Positions 24,712-38,406 of a DNA stretch of 64,000 nucleotides are shown here, piece by piece. The position numbers were made by a program, and so were the translations under genes. The DNA is taken from positions 42,826,766 through 42,890,765 of the forward strand of contig NC_068994.1 in assembly GCF_001194135.2 (NCBI RefSeq), in the 5' to 3' direction. The first letter of the stretch is position 1. The number at the start of each line of letters is the position of its first letter. The notes under the pieces were generated by a model. The model saw nothing but the letters and a program-made list of their open reading frames with translations. It did no database searches and had not been told where the DNA came from. The DNA is from Octopus bimaculoides (lineage: Eukaryota).

Positions 24712-25788
24712 TTATATATGTATATATAGTGATTGTCATATATATAGTGTAACAAAAACAAGCACTATACATATATGTATGTGTATGTATATACATGTGT
24801 GTATGTGTACATAAATATATGTGTGCATGTATGCTTGGACATTTTTGCATGCACACACACACACACATGCACTTAAGACAGTTGTGGTTAATTCATCACC
24901 ATAGCATGTTCTTGTTCCATTGAGTCTATATGTCAATTATTACACTGACTCTGTAGCATGATTGTGGTGTGGTGAAGTGTGGCATGATGCAGTGTCAGGG
25001 ACAGTGGCACAGGGTAGTGGAGCAAGTGTCACACAATGAATTATTATTTCACTTTTCAATAAGGAAATGGAAGGGTGTGGGTGGCACCGTTACATGGGAA
25101 GTGGATGGAGGCAGGAGACTGAAATTTAGATAAAAGAGGAGACAACGCCCTCAGGAACCTAGAATATGGCTCTACTAATGATTATAATGGTTTACTTTGG
25201 TTTGCCACAAGGGCTCTTAATAAATGGCAATACAATGCAAGGAACATGCCACAAAAGCAAAAGTAATGTGACAACAGGGAGTATCTATGTGGTCTACCGA
25301 CACGCTAGTCATAACAGTCAAATCTCCTAATGCGATGGTTTGGTCCATGCTGGATGCCTTTGATCAGAGACCTATTNNNNNNNNNNNNNNNNNNNNNNNN
25401 NNNNNNNNNNNNNNNNNNNNNNNNNNNNNNNNNNNNNNNNNNNNNNNNNNNNNNNNNNNNNNNNNNNNNNNNNNNNNNNNNNNNNNNNNNNNNNNNNNNN
25501 NNNNNNNNNNNNNNNNNNNNNNNNNNNNNNNNNNNNNNNNNNNNNNNNNNNNNNNNNNNNNNNNNNNNNNNNNNNNNNNNNNNNNNNNNNNNNNNNNNNN
25601 NNNNNNNNNNNNNATATATGCATGTATGTGTATATACGCATATGTGTGTCCTTATATATATAAATCTAAATAGATAGACAGACAGACAGACAGATAGACA
25701 GGCAGGCACACAGACATACAGACACACAGTCACACAGACAGACAGACAGACAGACAGACAGCCTGACAGACAGACAGACACGCAGACC

Positions 25789-25830
<42 letters not shown>

Positions 25831-26177
25831 TAGATAGGTAGATAGATTGATAGATTATTCCTAATGCGATGGTTTGGTCCATGCTGGATGCCTTTGATCA
25901 GAGACCTATTAGATCAGTTTTGACCTGGAACTAAACAAAAACAAGATGTACAGAGCAAAGCAGGGAGTTACTTCTAACAAAATAATATATAAAATATCAT
26001 AGTATAAAAAAATTAGGTATAAAATAATAATTTGAGTAATATTACAAATATGTATATCCTTGCCCACACAACAACAAAAAGAGAGATTATGATGTTGTTC
26101 CTGTTGTAGTTGCTTCTGTTTCGGCTTCTGCTGCTGTTGATCTTGTTGATGGTGGTGGTGGTGGTGTTATGTTGGTG

Positions 26178-26209
<32 letters not shown>

Positions 26210-26216
26210 GGTGACT

Positions 26217-26262
<46 letters not shown>

Positions 26263-26679
26263 CGACGATGATGATGATGTGGAGGAGGAGAAAGAGGAGG
26301 GGAGGGGTGGTGATGGCAGTAGTGATGATGATGATGTTGATAATGACGATGTGAAGGAGGAGAAGGAAAGAGAAAGGAGGGGTGGTGATGGTAGTGATGA
26401 TGATGATGATGATGTGCCTTTTCTAAGATGTAGATTTCTAACTCTAGTATAGTCCTAAGGCCTTGAGTGTTTTTTCCAGGATCAGTAGAGTTGATTAGAT
26501 TGATCCCCAATAGTCAATTAGCTTTTGTTTCTTTTTACATTTTATCAGTCACCATCTTGAGAAGAATGAAGCCTCAACAAGAGAGCCACATTAAATATAA
26601 CCTTTGCAGAGGTGGTCTTTTGTGACAGAAAGAAATTAGAAGTTTATTTATAAAATTATATTCTCAAAGGAGAAAAAAT

Positions 26680-26688
26680 TATTATTAC

Positions 26689-26736
<48 letters not shown>

Positions 26737-26746
26737 CATTATTATC

Positions 26747-26794
<48 letters not shown>

Positions 26795-26850
26795 TGTTGT
26801 TGTTGTTGTTGTAGTAGTAGTAGTAGTTGTTGTAGTAGTAGTAGTAGTAG
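26680..26850. repeat. (TAT)n-(TAG)n-(TTG)n compound microsatellite
   Basis: Direct inspection. Confidence 0.95.
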
Positions 26851-27156
26851 GGTGGTGAGCTGGCAGAATTGTTCGCACACCGGGCAAAATGCTTTGCAGT
26901 ATTTCGTCTGTCCTTACATTCTGAGTTCAAATTCTGCCGAGGTCGACTTTGCCTTTCATCCTTTCGGGGTTGATAAATTAAGTACCAGTGAAATTCTGGA
27001 GTCAATGTAATTGCCTAGTCCCTTCCCCCAAAACTTCAGGCCTTGTGCTTATAGTAGAAAGGATTATTATTTTTATTATTAAGGCAATGAGCTGGCAGAA
27101 CCATTAGCATGCTAGATAAAACATTTAGTTGCATTTTATCTGTGTTTGCATTCTGA

Positions 27157-27200
<44 letters not shown>
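26850..27200 (+). mobile_element. SINE family B copy plus truncated second head
   Basis: gagctggcagaattgttcgcac...ctgagttcaaattctgccgaggtcgac...agtagaaaggattatt, then a second gagctggcagaacc. Confidence 0.8.
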
Positions 27201-27213
<13 letters not shown>

Positions 27214-27466
27214 GTCAGAGTGCCATAGTTATTATGTGAAATTGGTTGAATAATATTTCGGCATCCAGCGTGCCTTCCACAGATTCAAAAATTACATGTC
27301 AGTCTACTTCATTGTTTTGTTAAGATTATATAGGACTGAGTACCATAGTTATCATGTGAAATTGGTTGAACAATATTTCGGCATCTAGCATGCCTTCTAT
27401 TTTTTTTATTTCTGTATAACTTCTGGAGGAGTTACCTCAGTCCTATATAATCTTAACTTATTATCA

Positions 27467-27539
<73 letters not shown>

Positions 27540-27868
27540 CATTATTATCAATATTATTATTATTACATGGTGGGTGGATTGACAGAGTCATTGCATCATC
27601 AGAAAAATGCATTGTGCTGTTTGTTCAGGCACTTTACTTTCTGAGTTTAAATTCCTTCAGGTTTATCATCTTTACTCATCATACTTCCAGAGGTGGTGGG
27701 ATTAGAGCACAGTGGTGACAAAATAGGGATCAAGTACTGAGTTTGATTTGATCAACTAATCCCTTTCCCCCCACCCGACCCCCACTGCTAAATCTGAGGC
27801 CTTGAGTGTCTATGTTAGGAACTAATTATTACATAGTTTTAATGGTAATAATGACAGTAAAGACATAA

Positions 27869-27869
<1 letters not shown>

Positions 27870-27904
<35 letters not shown>

Positions 27905-28130
27905 GTGACGATGATGAGGAGGAAGACTGCATTCCAATGGTGATGATGATGACTGATGAGGATGATGACAACAATCATAGTTGCAATAATGAAACAATGA
28001 AAATTAAGTTTATGGTTTTGTTTAATGATAAGGATGATGACAGTGTTGATAATGATGATGATGATGATGATGATGATGATGGTGATGGTGATGATGATGA
28101 TATGGATGATGACGATGATGATGATGATGG

Positions 28131-28204
<74 letters not shown>

Positions 28205-28290
28205 TTGGTGATGGTGATGGTGATGATGATGGTGATGATGATGATGGTGATGATGATGATTTGATGATGATGGTAACAATAATGATGATG
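27870..28290. repeat. (GAT)n/(GGT)n microsatellite tract
   Basis: Direct inspection; source of the poly-D/M/H/I pseudo-ORFs. Confidence 0.95.
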
Positions 28291-28929
28291 ACAATGATTC
28301 TGGTGTGAGAAAGGGTACAGTGAGAGCGGTGATGATGTCAGTTGTGGATATGTTGCTGCTATTTTTAGCAGCCCCAGGTCAGTTTTGATCAAAGAAACCC
28401 CATAAATTTCTAAGGGGTATGTCTAGAACAAAATTAACCAAGATGTCTTAGCCTTCAATTAATTATAGGAGGAAAGGAGTTTGTGTGACAGCTTCTAATA
28501 GATTATTAGGCGATGCTGATAATGGTGGTGGTGGTGGTGGTGGTGGTGGTGGTGGTGGTGGTGATGGAGGTGGTGTTTGTGGTGGTGGTGGTGGTGGTGG
28601 TCGTGGTCCTGCTGGTGGGCATTAGATAGTAAATCATCTTCATTAGCCACATAGTCATTCATAGATTTATGTGTGCACATAAGCATTTGTGTGTTGTGTG
28701 TTGTGTGTGTGTGTGTGTGTGCGCGCGTGTTTGTGTGCGCGCGTGTTTGTGTGTGTGTGCATGCACGTGTACATTTGTGTGTACATTCGTATATGTGTGA
28801 TTCTTAAACTTTCTTCAGTGTGGTATTGATGCATATTAATGACCAGAATCTGAAACTAGCTCACAGCCAGAACCTTAATACTGTTATTTGGAGTTTAGCT
28901 ATACAAATTAAATTCAATATTATTACAGT

Positions 28930-29150
28930 ATTAAGGTGGAGAGCTGGCAGAAGTGTGAGCACGCAGGCAAAATGCTTAGCAAGATTTCATCAATCTTTAC
29001 GTTCTGAGTTCAAATTCTTCGGAGGTCGACTTTCCTTTCATCTTTTCAGGCTTGATAAAATAAGTACCAGTTGAACATTGGGGGATGATGTTATCGACTT
29101 AATTCTTCCACCAAAATTACTGACCTTGTGCCAAAATTTGACGCCAATAT
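28930..29150 (+). mobile_element. SINE family B copy
   Basis: Same head, body and tail motifs. Confidence 0.75.
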
Positions 29151-29612
29151 ATTACAGCATTAATAAACATACATATTTCTAAAAACACGAAAGTTCATAG
29201 AACTCGTTCTGAACGCTGTCTTCTGCAGCATTAAGCAGACGTGACGTAAACATTTAACATTTCCTCAGATATGTTATTTGCAAAGAAGGTCACTTGTCCT
29301 AGTGATGTCAACCAAATGCCATAAATTCATAGGACTGATTCTAAACTCTGATTCCAATCGGTAAATAAACCTTTTCCCTGGACAGAGTATTAAAAGAATG
29401 AAATATTCCAGATCAAAATATCCTAGGAAATGCCAAAGTCTCTTGGAGCTAATTCTTAACCCTGAATTATCGCCATCCTCCTCCTCATCATCATCCTCAT
29501 CATCATCATCATCATCATCATCATCAACATCATCATCATCATCATCATCATCACCATCACCACCACCACCACCACCACCACCACCATCACCATCACCATC
29601 ATCATCATCACC

Positions 29613-29643
<31 letters not shown>

Positions 29644-29999
29644 AGTTTTTTTTTTGTTGACAATATTCCAAGAATCTAAAGGACTTGCTCTGAAACTCTG
29701 ACTCCTGTATCTTATATTGGTTTCTCATTAAACTGGTATGAGATAAACATGATCCTGGATAAAAATGGTAAGGGACTGAAATACACTTAATCAATTATTC
29801 CATGAAAGCCTGTTGTAGATGAGAACCCTGCATCCATGGTCTGGTAACTCAATGCCTCGTCCACCCATTCTTCCTTCCACAAACTTCTCCACAACAGTAA
29901 CTCATACAACCTTGGAAGAAATGAGGGTGCTTTTACATGGGCTCTCAAACTGCTAGAAAGCGATGTAAGCGACTAGTCGATTACATCGACCCCAGTACT

Positions 30000-30141
30000 G
30001 AAGTGGGTACTTATTTAATCAACCCTAAAAGGATACAAAGCAAAGTGGGCCTCAGCAGAGTTTGAACTCAGAATGTGAAGGCATGAAATGCTGCTAAGCA
30101 TTTTGCCCAGCATTGCTAACAATTGCACCAAGCTCACCACC

Positions 30142-30178
<37 letters not shown>

Positions 30179-30449
30179 CAACAACAACAACAACAACAAT
30201 AATAATAATAATCCTTTCTACTATAAGCACAAGGCCTGAAATTTAGGGGAGGGGACTAGTTGATTGCATTGATCCCAGTGCATAACTGGTACTTATCTCA
30301 TCAACCTCAATAATAATAATAATAATAATAATCATAATAATAATAAGATAGGGACAGCTAGGATATTTAGGAGGGTTCTTGGCATCTGAGGCAACTTGTT
30401 GTAGCCCGATGTTAGGATTCTTTTCCAAGTCTAATCTGTTGAGTGTATA

Positions 30450-30514
<65 letters not shown>

Positions 30515-31067
30515 GATGATGATGATGATTTTTCATTTTGGTACAAGGCCAGCAATTTCAGGAGTGGGTAGAAGTCAATTATATTGACTCCCATTCTCGA
30601 TTGGTATTTATTTTATAAGCCCCCAAAAAGATGAAAGGCAAAGTCAACCCTGATGGAATTTGAACTCTGAATGTGAAGATGGAGAAATTGCCACAAGGCA
30701 TTTTGCCTGGAGTGGGACTCTAAGGACCCACTGCATAAAAAAAAAAAATAATAATTATGCAGAAACATGTTGATATATAGCTATACAATAAATGTAGGAG
30801 TGGATAAAAACGAAATAACATTTAAATTCAAAAAGAAAAAAACAATAATAGTTCTTTCTCCTAAAGGCACAAGGCCTGAAATTTGGTGGGAGGAGACTAG
30901 TCAATTACATTGACACCAGTACTTCACTGGTATTTATTTTATTGACCCACCCAAAAAGATGAAAGGCAAAGTCAACCTTGGTGGAATTTGAACTCAGACT
31001 GTAAAATTGGACAAAATACTACTAAGCATTTTGCCTATCACGTAAATGACACAGCTAGCTCACCACC

Positions 31068-31105
<38 letters not shown>

Positions 31106-31290
31106 ATAGGTACAAGGCATGAAATGTTAGGGGAGGAGGTCAATTTATTAGATAGACCTCAGTATGCAACTGGTACTTAATTTATCAACCCCAAAAGGAT
31201 GAAAGGTAAAGTTGACCTTGCTGGAATTTGAACTCAGAATGTAAAGTCGGATGAAATGCTGCTAAGCATTTTGCTTGGAGTGGGGCTATA
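30000..31290 (-). mobile_element. Cluster of SINE family B copies and fragments separated by (AAT)n
   Basis: Repeated aaaggcaaagtcaacc...ggaatttgaactcagaa...ctaagcattttgcc blocks at about 30020, 30630, 30960 and 31200. Confidence 0.8.
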
Positions 31291-32172
31291 AGGACCCACT
31301 ATATGGAAAACAAAATAATTGCTCAGAAACATGTTGATACGTAGCTATACTGTGGGAGTAGGTAAAACAAAATAACATTTAAATACAAAAACGAAAGAAC
31401 AAAACCAATAATAATGATAACAATGAAAGCTATATTAATAATAAACTGAATAAATAATGTTTGCTGCCAGGCTATCCACAAATCATGTCTAGTCAAGGAA
31501 CTGCGGAAACAGACTGTTAAGAAGTGATGGCATAAAGAGACAGAATTCAAAAGGAAATTTCTTTGAATGTAGATCAAAAACTTTACTGTGGACCTCACTT
31601 GCCAAAATATTACCTGATGCTCTATAGTATCCCTAACTGTAAGAGTAAAGGCCATGTATTTATGTCCCTACCCAATCAGACTACATGACTGATCGTTCCA
31701 CCCCTAAATCCTTATCCTTCTGGAATATACCTCTTAGCTTATATATTTCTTGTGGAGGCATATGGTTCAGCATGCTGGTCTCATGGTTGTAAGATTGTGG
31801 TTTTGATTCCTAGACCAAATGACATGTCATTTCCTTGAGCAAAACACTTCATTTCACATTGCTCCAGTCCACTGGGCTGACAAAACTAAGTAAGCCTGTA
31901 ACAGACCAACATCTCATCAAGTGCGGTATGTATGCAACGCAGAAACCAGGAAAACTGCCCCTATGAGTTTATGAGTCAGGAAAGGATCTTTACCCTTTTT
32001 CTTTTTTCCAACCTTTGCATTTTTCATGTAGCTGTCACTGTGTAACTAATCAATAGGAAAATAAAATCCATCTGTTGCAACAGGTATAAAGAAGGCCTCC
32101 AACAGCCATGGGTATGGTCCCTTCTTCCACAACAAAACAATAAAAACTGGATAACTGTAAAATATGAATAAC

Positions 32173-32590
32173 GCAGGAGTGGCTGTGTGGTAAGTAGCTT
32201 GCTTACCAACCACATGGTTCTGGGTTCAGTCCCACTGCGTAGCACCTTCAGCAAGTGTCTTCTACTATAGCCTTGGGTCGACCAAAGCCTTGTGAGTGGA
32301 TTTGGTAGACGGAAACTGAAAGAAGCCCATCGTATATATGTATATATATATGTGTGTGTGTGTGTTTGTGTGTCTGTGTTTGTCCCCCCACCATCGCTTG
32401 ACAACTGATGCTGGTGTGTTTACGTCCCCGTAACTTAGTGGTTCGGCAAAAAGAGACCGATAGAATAAGTACTAGACTTAACAAAGAATAAGTCCTAGGG
32501 GGTCGATTTGCTCGACTAAAGGTGGTGCGCCAGCATGGCCGCAGTCAAATGACTGAAACAAGTAAAAGAGTAAAAGAGAGTAAAGAGTAA
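32173..32590 (+). mobile_element. tRNA-headed SINE family A, full-length copy
   Basis: A-box TGGCTGTGTGG, B-box GGTTCAGTCCC, conserved body (gagtggatttggtagacggaaactgaaagaagccc), internal (TA)/(TG)n, 3' domain, tail (gtaaaagag)n. Other copies at about 575-790(+), 8915-9285(-), 9325-9545(+, 3' part), 37087-37150, 46128-46300(+), 51385-51790(+), 59040-59215(+). Confidence 0.85.
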
Positions 32591-33369
32591 CTGAATTGAT
32601 CTCTGTACAAGACTAGTACTTATCAACAGTGCAGCGTTGAAAGACACTCAGCGTAGGTATGATTTGAAAACATCATCTACATGTATGAGAACAATTAACT
32701 AACCACATCAAATGTAGCTTCTATTACAAAACTACACCTTTTTCCATTTATAGAGAAAAGAAACTCTATGAGGTTAAATCAACATGTGGAAATAGCAATA
32801 ACATTGCCAATAATAATGTTTTTGGCTTATTTGCCTCAAGGTTTTCTCTGAATGAGGGATGTTATGGTGATGGAAATCTCAAAAACATGGGCCAACAAAG
32901 GAATTAGAAACAGCAGTTAAATCCTCCCCAAATCAAGCCCTAAGAGCTATGGGGTGAAATGCGTAATGTGATCTTCCATGGAATAGAATAGAGGATGGTC
33001 AGAATTGGTCCATTAGCATTGTCCTGGGGTTAAACAACGGCAACATTTATCTTCACTGCATAATATAGTATTTGTATGATTCACACACATATACACACAC
33101 ATACACACACACAGATATACACATGTATAAGATTGCCTGTGTATTACATATACGCACAAACAGACACACATAAATATATATGTGTGTATGTATGTGTGTA
33201 TCTTTGTGTGTGTGTGTGTGTGTACATATATATATGCATATGTATATATATATAATTGCCTATGTATGTGTGTGTATATTTATGTATATATATATATATA
33301 TATATACACACACATATATATACTCATGTATAAATATATGTATATATATAAATATATATATATATATAC

Positions 33370-33472
<103 letters not shown>

Positions 33473-34179
33473 TACATATATATTTATATGTATGTACATA
33501 TATGTGTGTATGTATGTATGTATGTATCTGTGTATGTATGTATGTGTGTGTGTATGTGTGTATACAACAACGTACAACAATACATTATACCTGTATAAAC
33601 ATCATTATCATCATGACCATATTCAAACTGTTTTAAATCGAAAAGAAACAATAACTCACTGACAGGAATTGAACCACTAGTCTCTTATTTACCAGGAGTA
33701 TGCTATCCATTACTTATTGGATATGTCTATCATAGCAAACTAATATTGGTAATGGTGTTGATAGTTGTAGACATAGCGTTCAAAAGGTAAATGCTGTGTT
33801 CAAAAGGTAAATGCTTTATGTAGACGGATGAGTTAGAAAAACAAAAACTTCAATGAAGTAAAATGTATCATAAAGTGTGTGTGTGTGTGTACACACACAC
33901 ACACAGACGAACACGCACACTCACACACACACACAGTGCTCACAAACAGTTAAGACCAATCACACACCATGCATACATATATATACATACACACACATAT
34001 ACATACGTCCATACATATATACATACATACATACATGCATACATACATTCTACCTCAACAAATTCCATCTGACCCATACAAGTTCGGAAAAGTGGACATT
34101 AAAACATCGCTGAAGATAAAGGTGATTATGATGCGTGTGTGTGTGAACGTGTGTGTGTGTACATACACACATATATATG

Positions 34180-34266
<87 letters not shown>

Positions 34267-34489
34267 GCACACACATATATACATACAGAGAGTACGTGAT
34301 AGATACACATATATATATAAAAATACATAAAATACTTAACATATACACATTCTTGCATACATGCATGCATACATGTATTCATACAATTCATGCATAAATA
34401 TATACATACATACATACATACATACATACATACATACATACATACATACATACATGTGTACTTACATAATCCTTACTCACTTATATGCA

Positions 34490-35548
34490 CACGTATTCAT
34501 GCGAAAGTAAAGAATTTCAAACCAAAGAAATCCGCTTACTTGTAAGAATCCGTCCGATGGGTCCCTGTTAGATTCTCACTGTATGTTCTTAAGAAGAGTT
34601 TCCAGTTATTCTGCAGACTTGGAGTGGTAAGAGAAGGAGATAGGTGTATACATATGCTTGTGTGTATGTGAGTGCTTGTTTGTATGTGTGTGTGTGTATG
34701 TACTTATGTGTGTATGTATGTATGTATGTATGTATTTATTACAGTTTGTGCGAATTTGTTATATGTTGCCGTGTTGATAGTTTACAGACCGTAAGTTAAA
34801 TGATCGGCTGGTTCAGAGAAAATGCAAGAGAAAGATTAAGCGAGTGTTGTATTTGTGTATATGAAAGACGTTTAAGAGTGAGAAGGATCGAAAGTGAAAG
34901 CGAAAGTAAAAGTAGCTTAGCGTTGAAGAGTGTGAGAGAAAGAGAGAGCATGTGCTTCTGTTTATATGTCTATACACAATGAATGAATGGGCATCTCTCT
35001 CTCTCACGCTCTCTCTTTTTCTCTCTGTATATGTGTGTATGGTTTTCTCAACTTATTGTAAGCTGTACGTATGTGATTCACTGGGTGTATGTCTCACCGT
35101 TTAAACGGTTACCTGTGTGTATTTTGTTTGTTTGTAACGTATAAGCGAACATATTCTTATACTTGTGTGTGCATGTATGTATTCTTATCTTGTGAGTGTG
35201 CGTTTGTTTATAATGTACGTGTGTGTGTGTATGTGTGTGCGTGTATGTGTGAATACTTACGAACTTGTGTTTCTTTTATGTAAGTAAAAATGTGATGCGA
35301 GTCGGTGTTTGGTAAACTCTGTCTAATCCCGAATGCGCTTCGGTGTACAGGAGTCTATCGTTATGAATGTTCGCTCTCACTGCTTCTTAACCGGCGTGCG
35401 AGTGTGTGCGTGTGTGTGTGCATGTGTGCATGTGTGCAGTTATACGTAAGTGTATCCATGCGTATGCGAGCCAGTGTCAGAATCCGGTAATGTTTTTTTA
35501 ACTTAAGTATTTGCATATATATATATAGATATATACATATATATAACT

Positions 35549-35604
<56 letters not shown>

Positions 35605-36030
35605 TCACGTTTGTGAATATGTATCTATAAAAGCATCGATATGAGTTTTGACACTGCTTGTTTAAGTGCGCGCATGTTATGTGTCTCCGCACGATGTTTG
35701 TAGGAGTTCCTTTCTGTCTCTCTCTCTCTCTCGCTTTCTTTCTTTTTCTCTCTTAGTATTTTCGTAACCTGTGGCTTTGGAACAGTTCTGACTGAAGTTC
35801 GCTGTTCTGTTCCGTGGTTATGACCACTGACTGATAGCTGTGGTCCTCAACTAAACAGAACGCTCACCACCGCTGACCATAACACTGGAACCACCGCACC
35901 ACCATCGTCGTTATCTTTTAGTGCAGTTGCTAACCTCTACGAAATCTATTCGCACTTCTGGCCTGCCGTTTCTCACTCCACCTTTTTACCTAGCATTTCA
36001 TATACAAATCACACTTTCATACGCACGTAT
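34490..36030. promoter_or_regulatory. CpG-retaining, SINE-free region: candidate promoter / first exon(s)
   Basis: Frequent CpGs in non-repeat sequence against a CpG-poor background, GA-rich tracts, and outward-pointing splice-donor motifs on both strands. No transcript data. Confidence 0.4.
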
Positions 36031-36539
36031 GTATGTATGTATGTATGTATGTATGTACGTATGTATGTATGTATGTATTATGCATGTATGTATGTGTGTA
36101 TATGTATGTACGCATGTATGTATGTATGTATGTATGTATGTATGTATGTATGTATGCATGTATGTATGTATGTATGTATGTATATACGTACGTTTGTACG
36201 TATGTATGTATGTATACATGTGTGTATGTATATATATATTACTGCTTTAACGTTTTAATATGTGCGTCTCTTTCAGATATATGAACTACTGACGATGTGT
36301 ATATACATATATATACATATATACATACATACATATATATACATCCATATATATATATATATATATATAAGACAATTCAAACAAATAGAGGATGATACAT
36401 ATNNNNNNNNNNNNNNNNNNNNNNNNNNNNNNNNNNNNNNNNNNNNNNNNNNNNNNNNNNNNNNNNNNNNNNNNNNNNNNNNNNNNNNNNNNNNNNNNNN
36501 NNNNNNNNNNNNNNNNNNNNNNNNNTGAATATATGCATG

Positions 36540-36573
<34 letters not shown>

Positions 36574-37013
36574 TGTATGCATGTATGTGGGTGGGTGGGT
36601 GCACATGTGTGTGTACTTCGCCGAACTTGGTTCAATCGAAGTTGTCTAATTTTATATGATATACTCAGTACAAAAGGCAAGTTCAGAGCTTCGTATATTT
36701 CTTATTCAAAAGTTTGCTCTTCCTACATACATGCATACATTCATACCCTACATACATACATACGTACATACATACATACTTACGAACAAAGTGACAGCTT
36801 GATAGATAGACATTACATATATATATATATATAGTGTCCATCTATTTAGCTGTCTGTATATATAATGTCTATCTAATATAAATTTATATAAATAAGGATA
36901 AGATCGTTATTTAAAATACCGATCATATCAAGAGGCTAGCATGGGATTAAAAACCTCATAGGTGATAATTGTTATTAAAATTGTAATTGAGGGTATCTAA
37001 AAGATTCCACCAT

Positions 37014-37086
37014 GCTAGATATAGCAGCCAAAACTTGACTCTAAAACCACTGGTTTTAGAGTCAAGTTTTGGCTGCTATGTCTAGC
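37014..37086. repeat. 36-bp-arm palindrome with 1-nt spacer
   Basis: GCTAGATATAGCAGCCAAAACTTGACTCTAAAACCA-c-TGGTTTTAGAGTCAAGTTTTGGCTGCTATGTCTAGC; 35/36 matches. Confidence 0.92.
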
Positions 37087-37146
37087 AAGTGTCTTCTCCC
37101 AAAACCTTGTGAGTGGATTTGGTAAATGGAAACTGAAAGAATCCCG

Positions 37147-37183
<37 letters not shown>

Positions 37184-37683
37184 GATACTCAGAACCAGGC
37201 ACAGTCACATTCACAGGTGTAAACAGTTGTAACAGAGAGATAAGTTTATGACCAAATGGTAAGTCAGTCATTTGATAAATAGACATTGATAAAATATGCA
37301 CCACTACTAAAGAAGTCCTGGGGTTGGGGGCTGATCTCATCTATGAAACTCTTGAAGGATATGTTCCAGCCTGGTGTTAGTCTACTGTCTAAGTCCAATA
37401 CGACAATATGTAACTATCTATTTACTAGTGAATGAACACACACACACACATACACGCACAAACGCGTGCACACACGGACACCCCACACACAGAGCTTATA
37501 TATATAAAAAAAGTATATAACTATGTAGATTTAATTATAATTATACCTGTTCATGTATTTAAATAACTGTGTGGTTTTATGTCTATGTTTGTGTGCATGT
37601 ATATGCATATGCATGTATGTATGTATGTATGTATGTATATAATATTGTGAGTGTTGGGATTGTGTGTGCATATGATTAATAAT

Positions 37684-37898
37684 CTTTTCTACTCTAGGCA
37701 CAAGGCCCGAAATTTTGGGGGAGGGGGCCAGTCGATTAGATCGACCCCAGTACGCAACTGGTACTTAATTTATCGACCCCGAAAGGATGAAAGGCAAAGT
37801 CGACCCCGGCGGAATTTGAACTCAGAACGTACAGACAGACGAAATACCGCTAAGCATTTCGCCCGGCGTGCTAACGTTTCTGCCAGCTCGCCGCCTTC
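37684..37898 (-). mobile_element. tRNA-headed SINE family B, young full-length copy with 19-bp TSD
   Basis: Minus strand GGCGGCGAGCTGGCAGAAACGTTAGC...GTTCTGAGTTCAAATTCCGCC...AGTAGAAAAGATT, CpG-rich. Flanked by TGTGCATATGATTAATAAT at 37665-37683 and 37899-37917. Confidence 0.88.
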
Positions 37899-38359
37899 TG
37901 TGCATATGATTAATAATAAAATCCTTTATTTTTGTTTGTGTACAATCTATATCTACATAAATACACAAGTTTATAAATATACCTAAATCTATATAGGATA
38001 TATATGCACATGTGTGTACCTGTGTATATGTTTATATATATATATATGTATGTGTATATATATGTATATTTATATAGATACAAATATAGTTATATATGTA
38101 TATATATATGCCTGTAATTATAATATTTGCACAAGCTCTTAAATATTCCGTTATCCACCCACATATGCAATAAACAAATATATAATTATCTCTGTGTCTA
38201 TGCATAGGCAAGCATATACATATGATGAGTAAATATGTACACATATGTATGTATGTGTGTATATATATATAGATAGATAGATACACACACACACATACAT
38301 GCGCACGTGCATCCACACACATACATACACACACACACAAATATGTATATCAATCAAAT

Positions 38360-38406
<47 letters not shown>

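Noticed and set aside
25326-25910. 50-bp exact repeat near both sides of a gap
   Set aside because: Probably an assembly overlap; cannot be distinguished from a real duplication.
33650-33720. tRNA-like segment on the minus strand (also SINE heads at 46510 and 59478)
   Set aside because: Incomplete cloverleaf and no acceptor stem; SINE-derived, not true tRNA genes.
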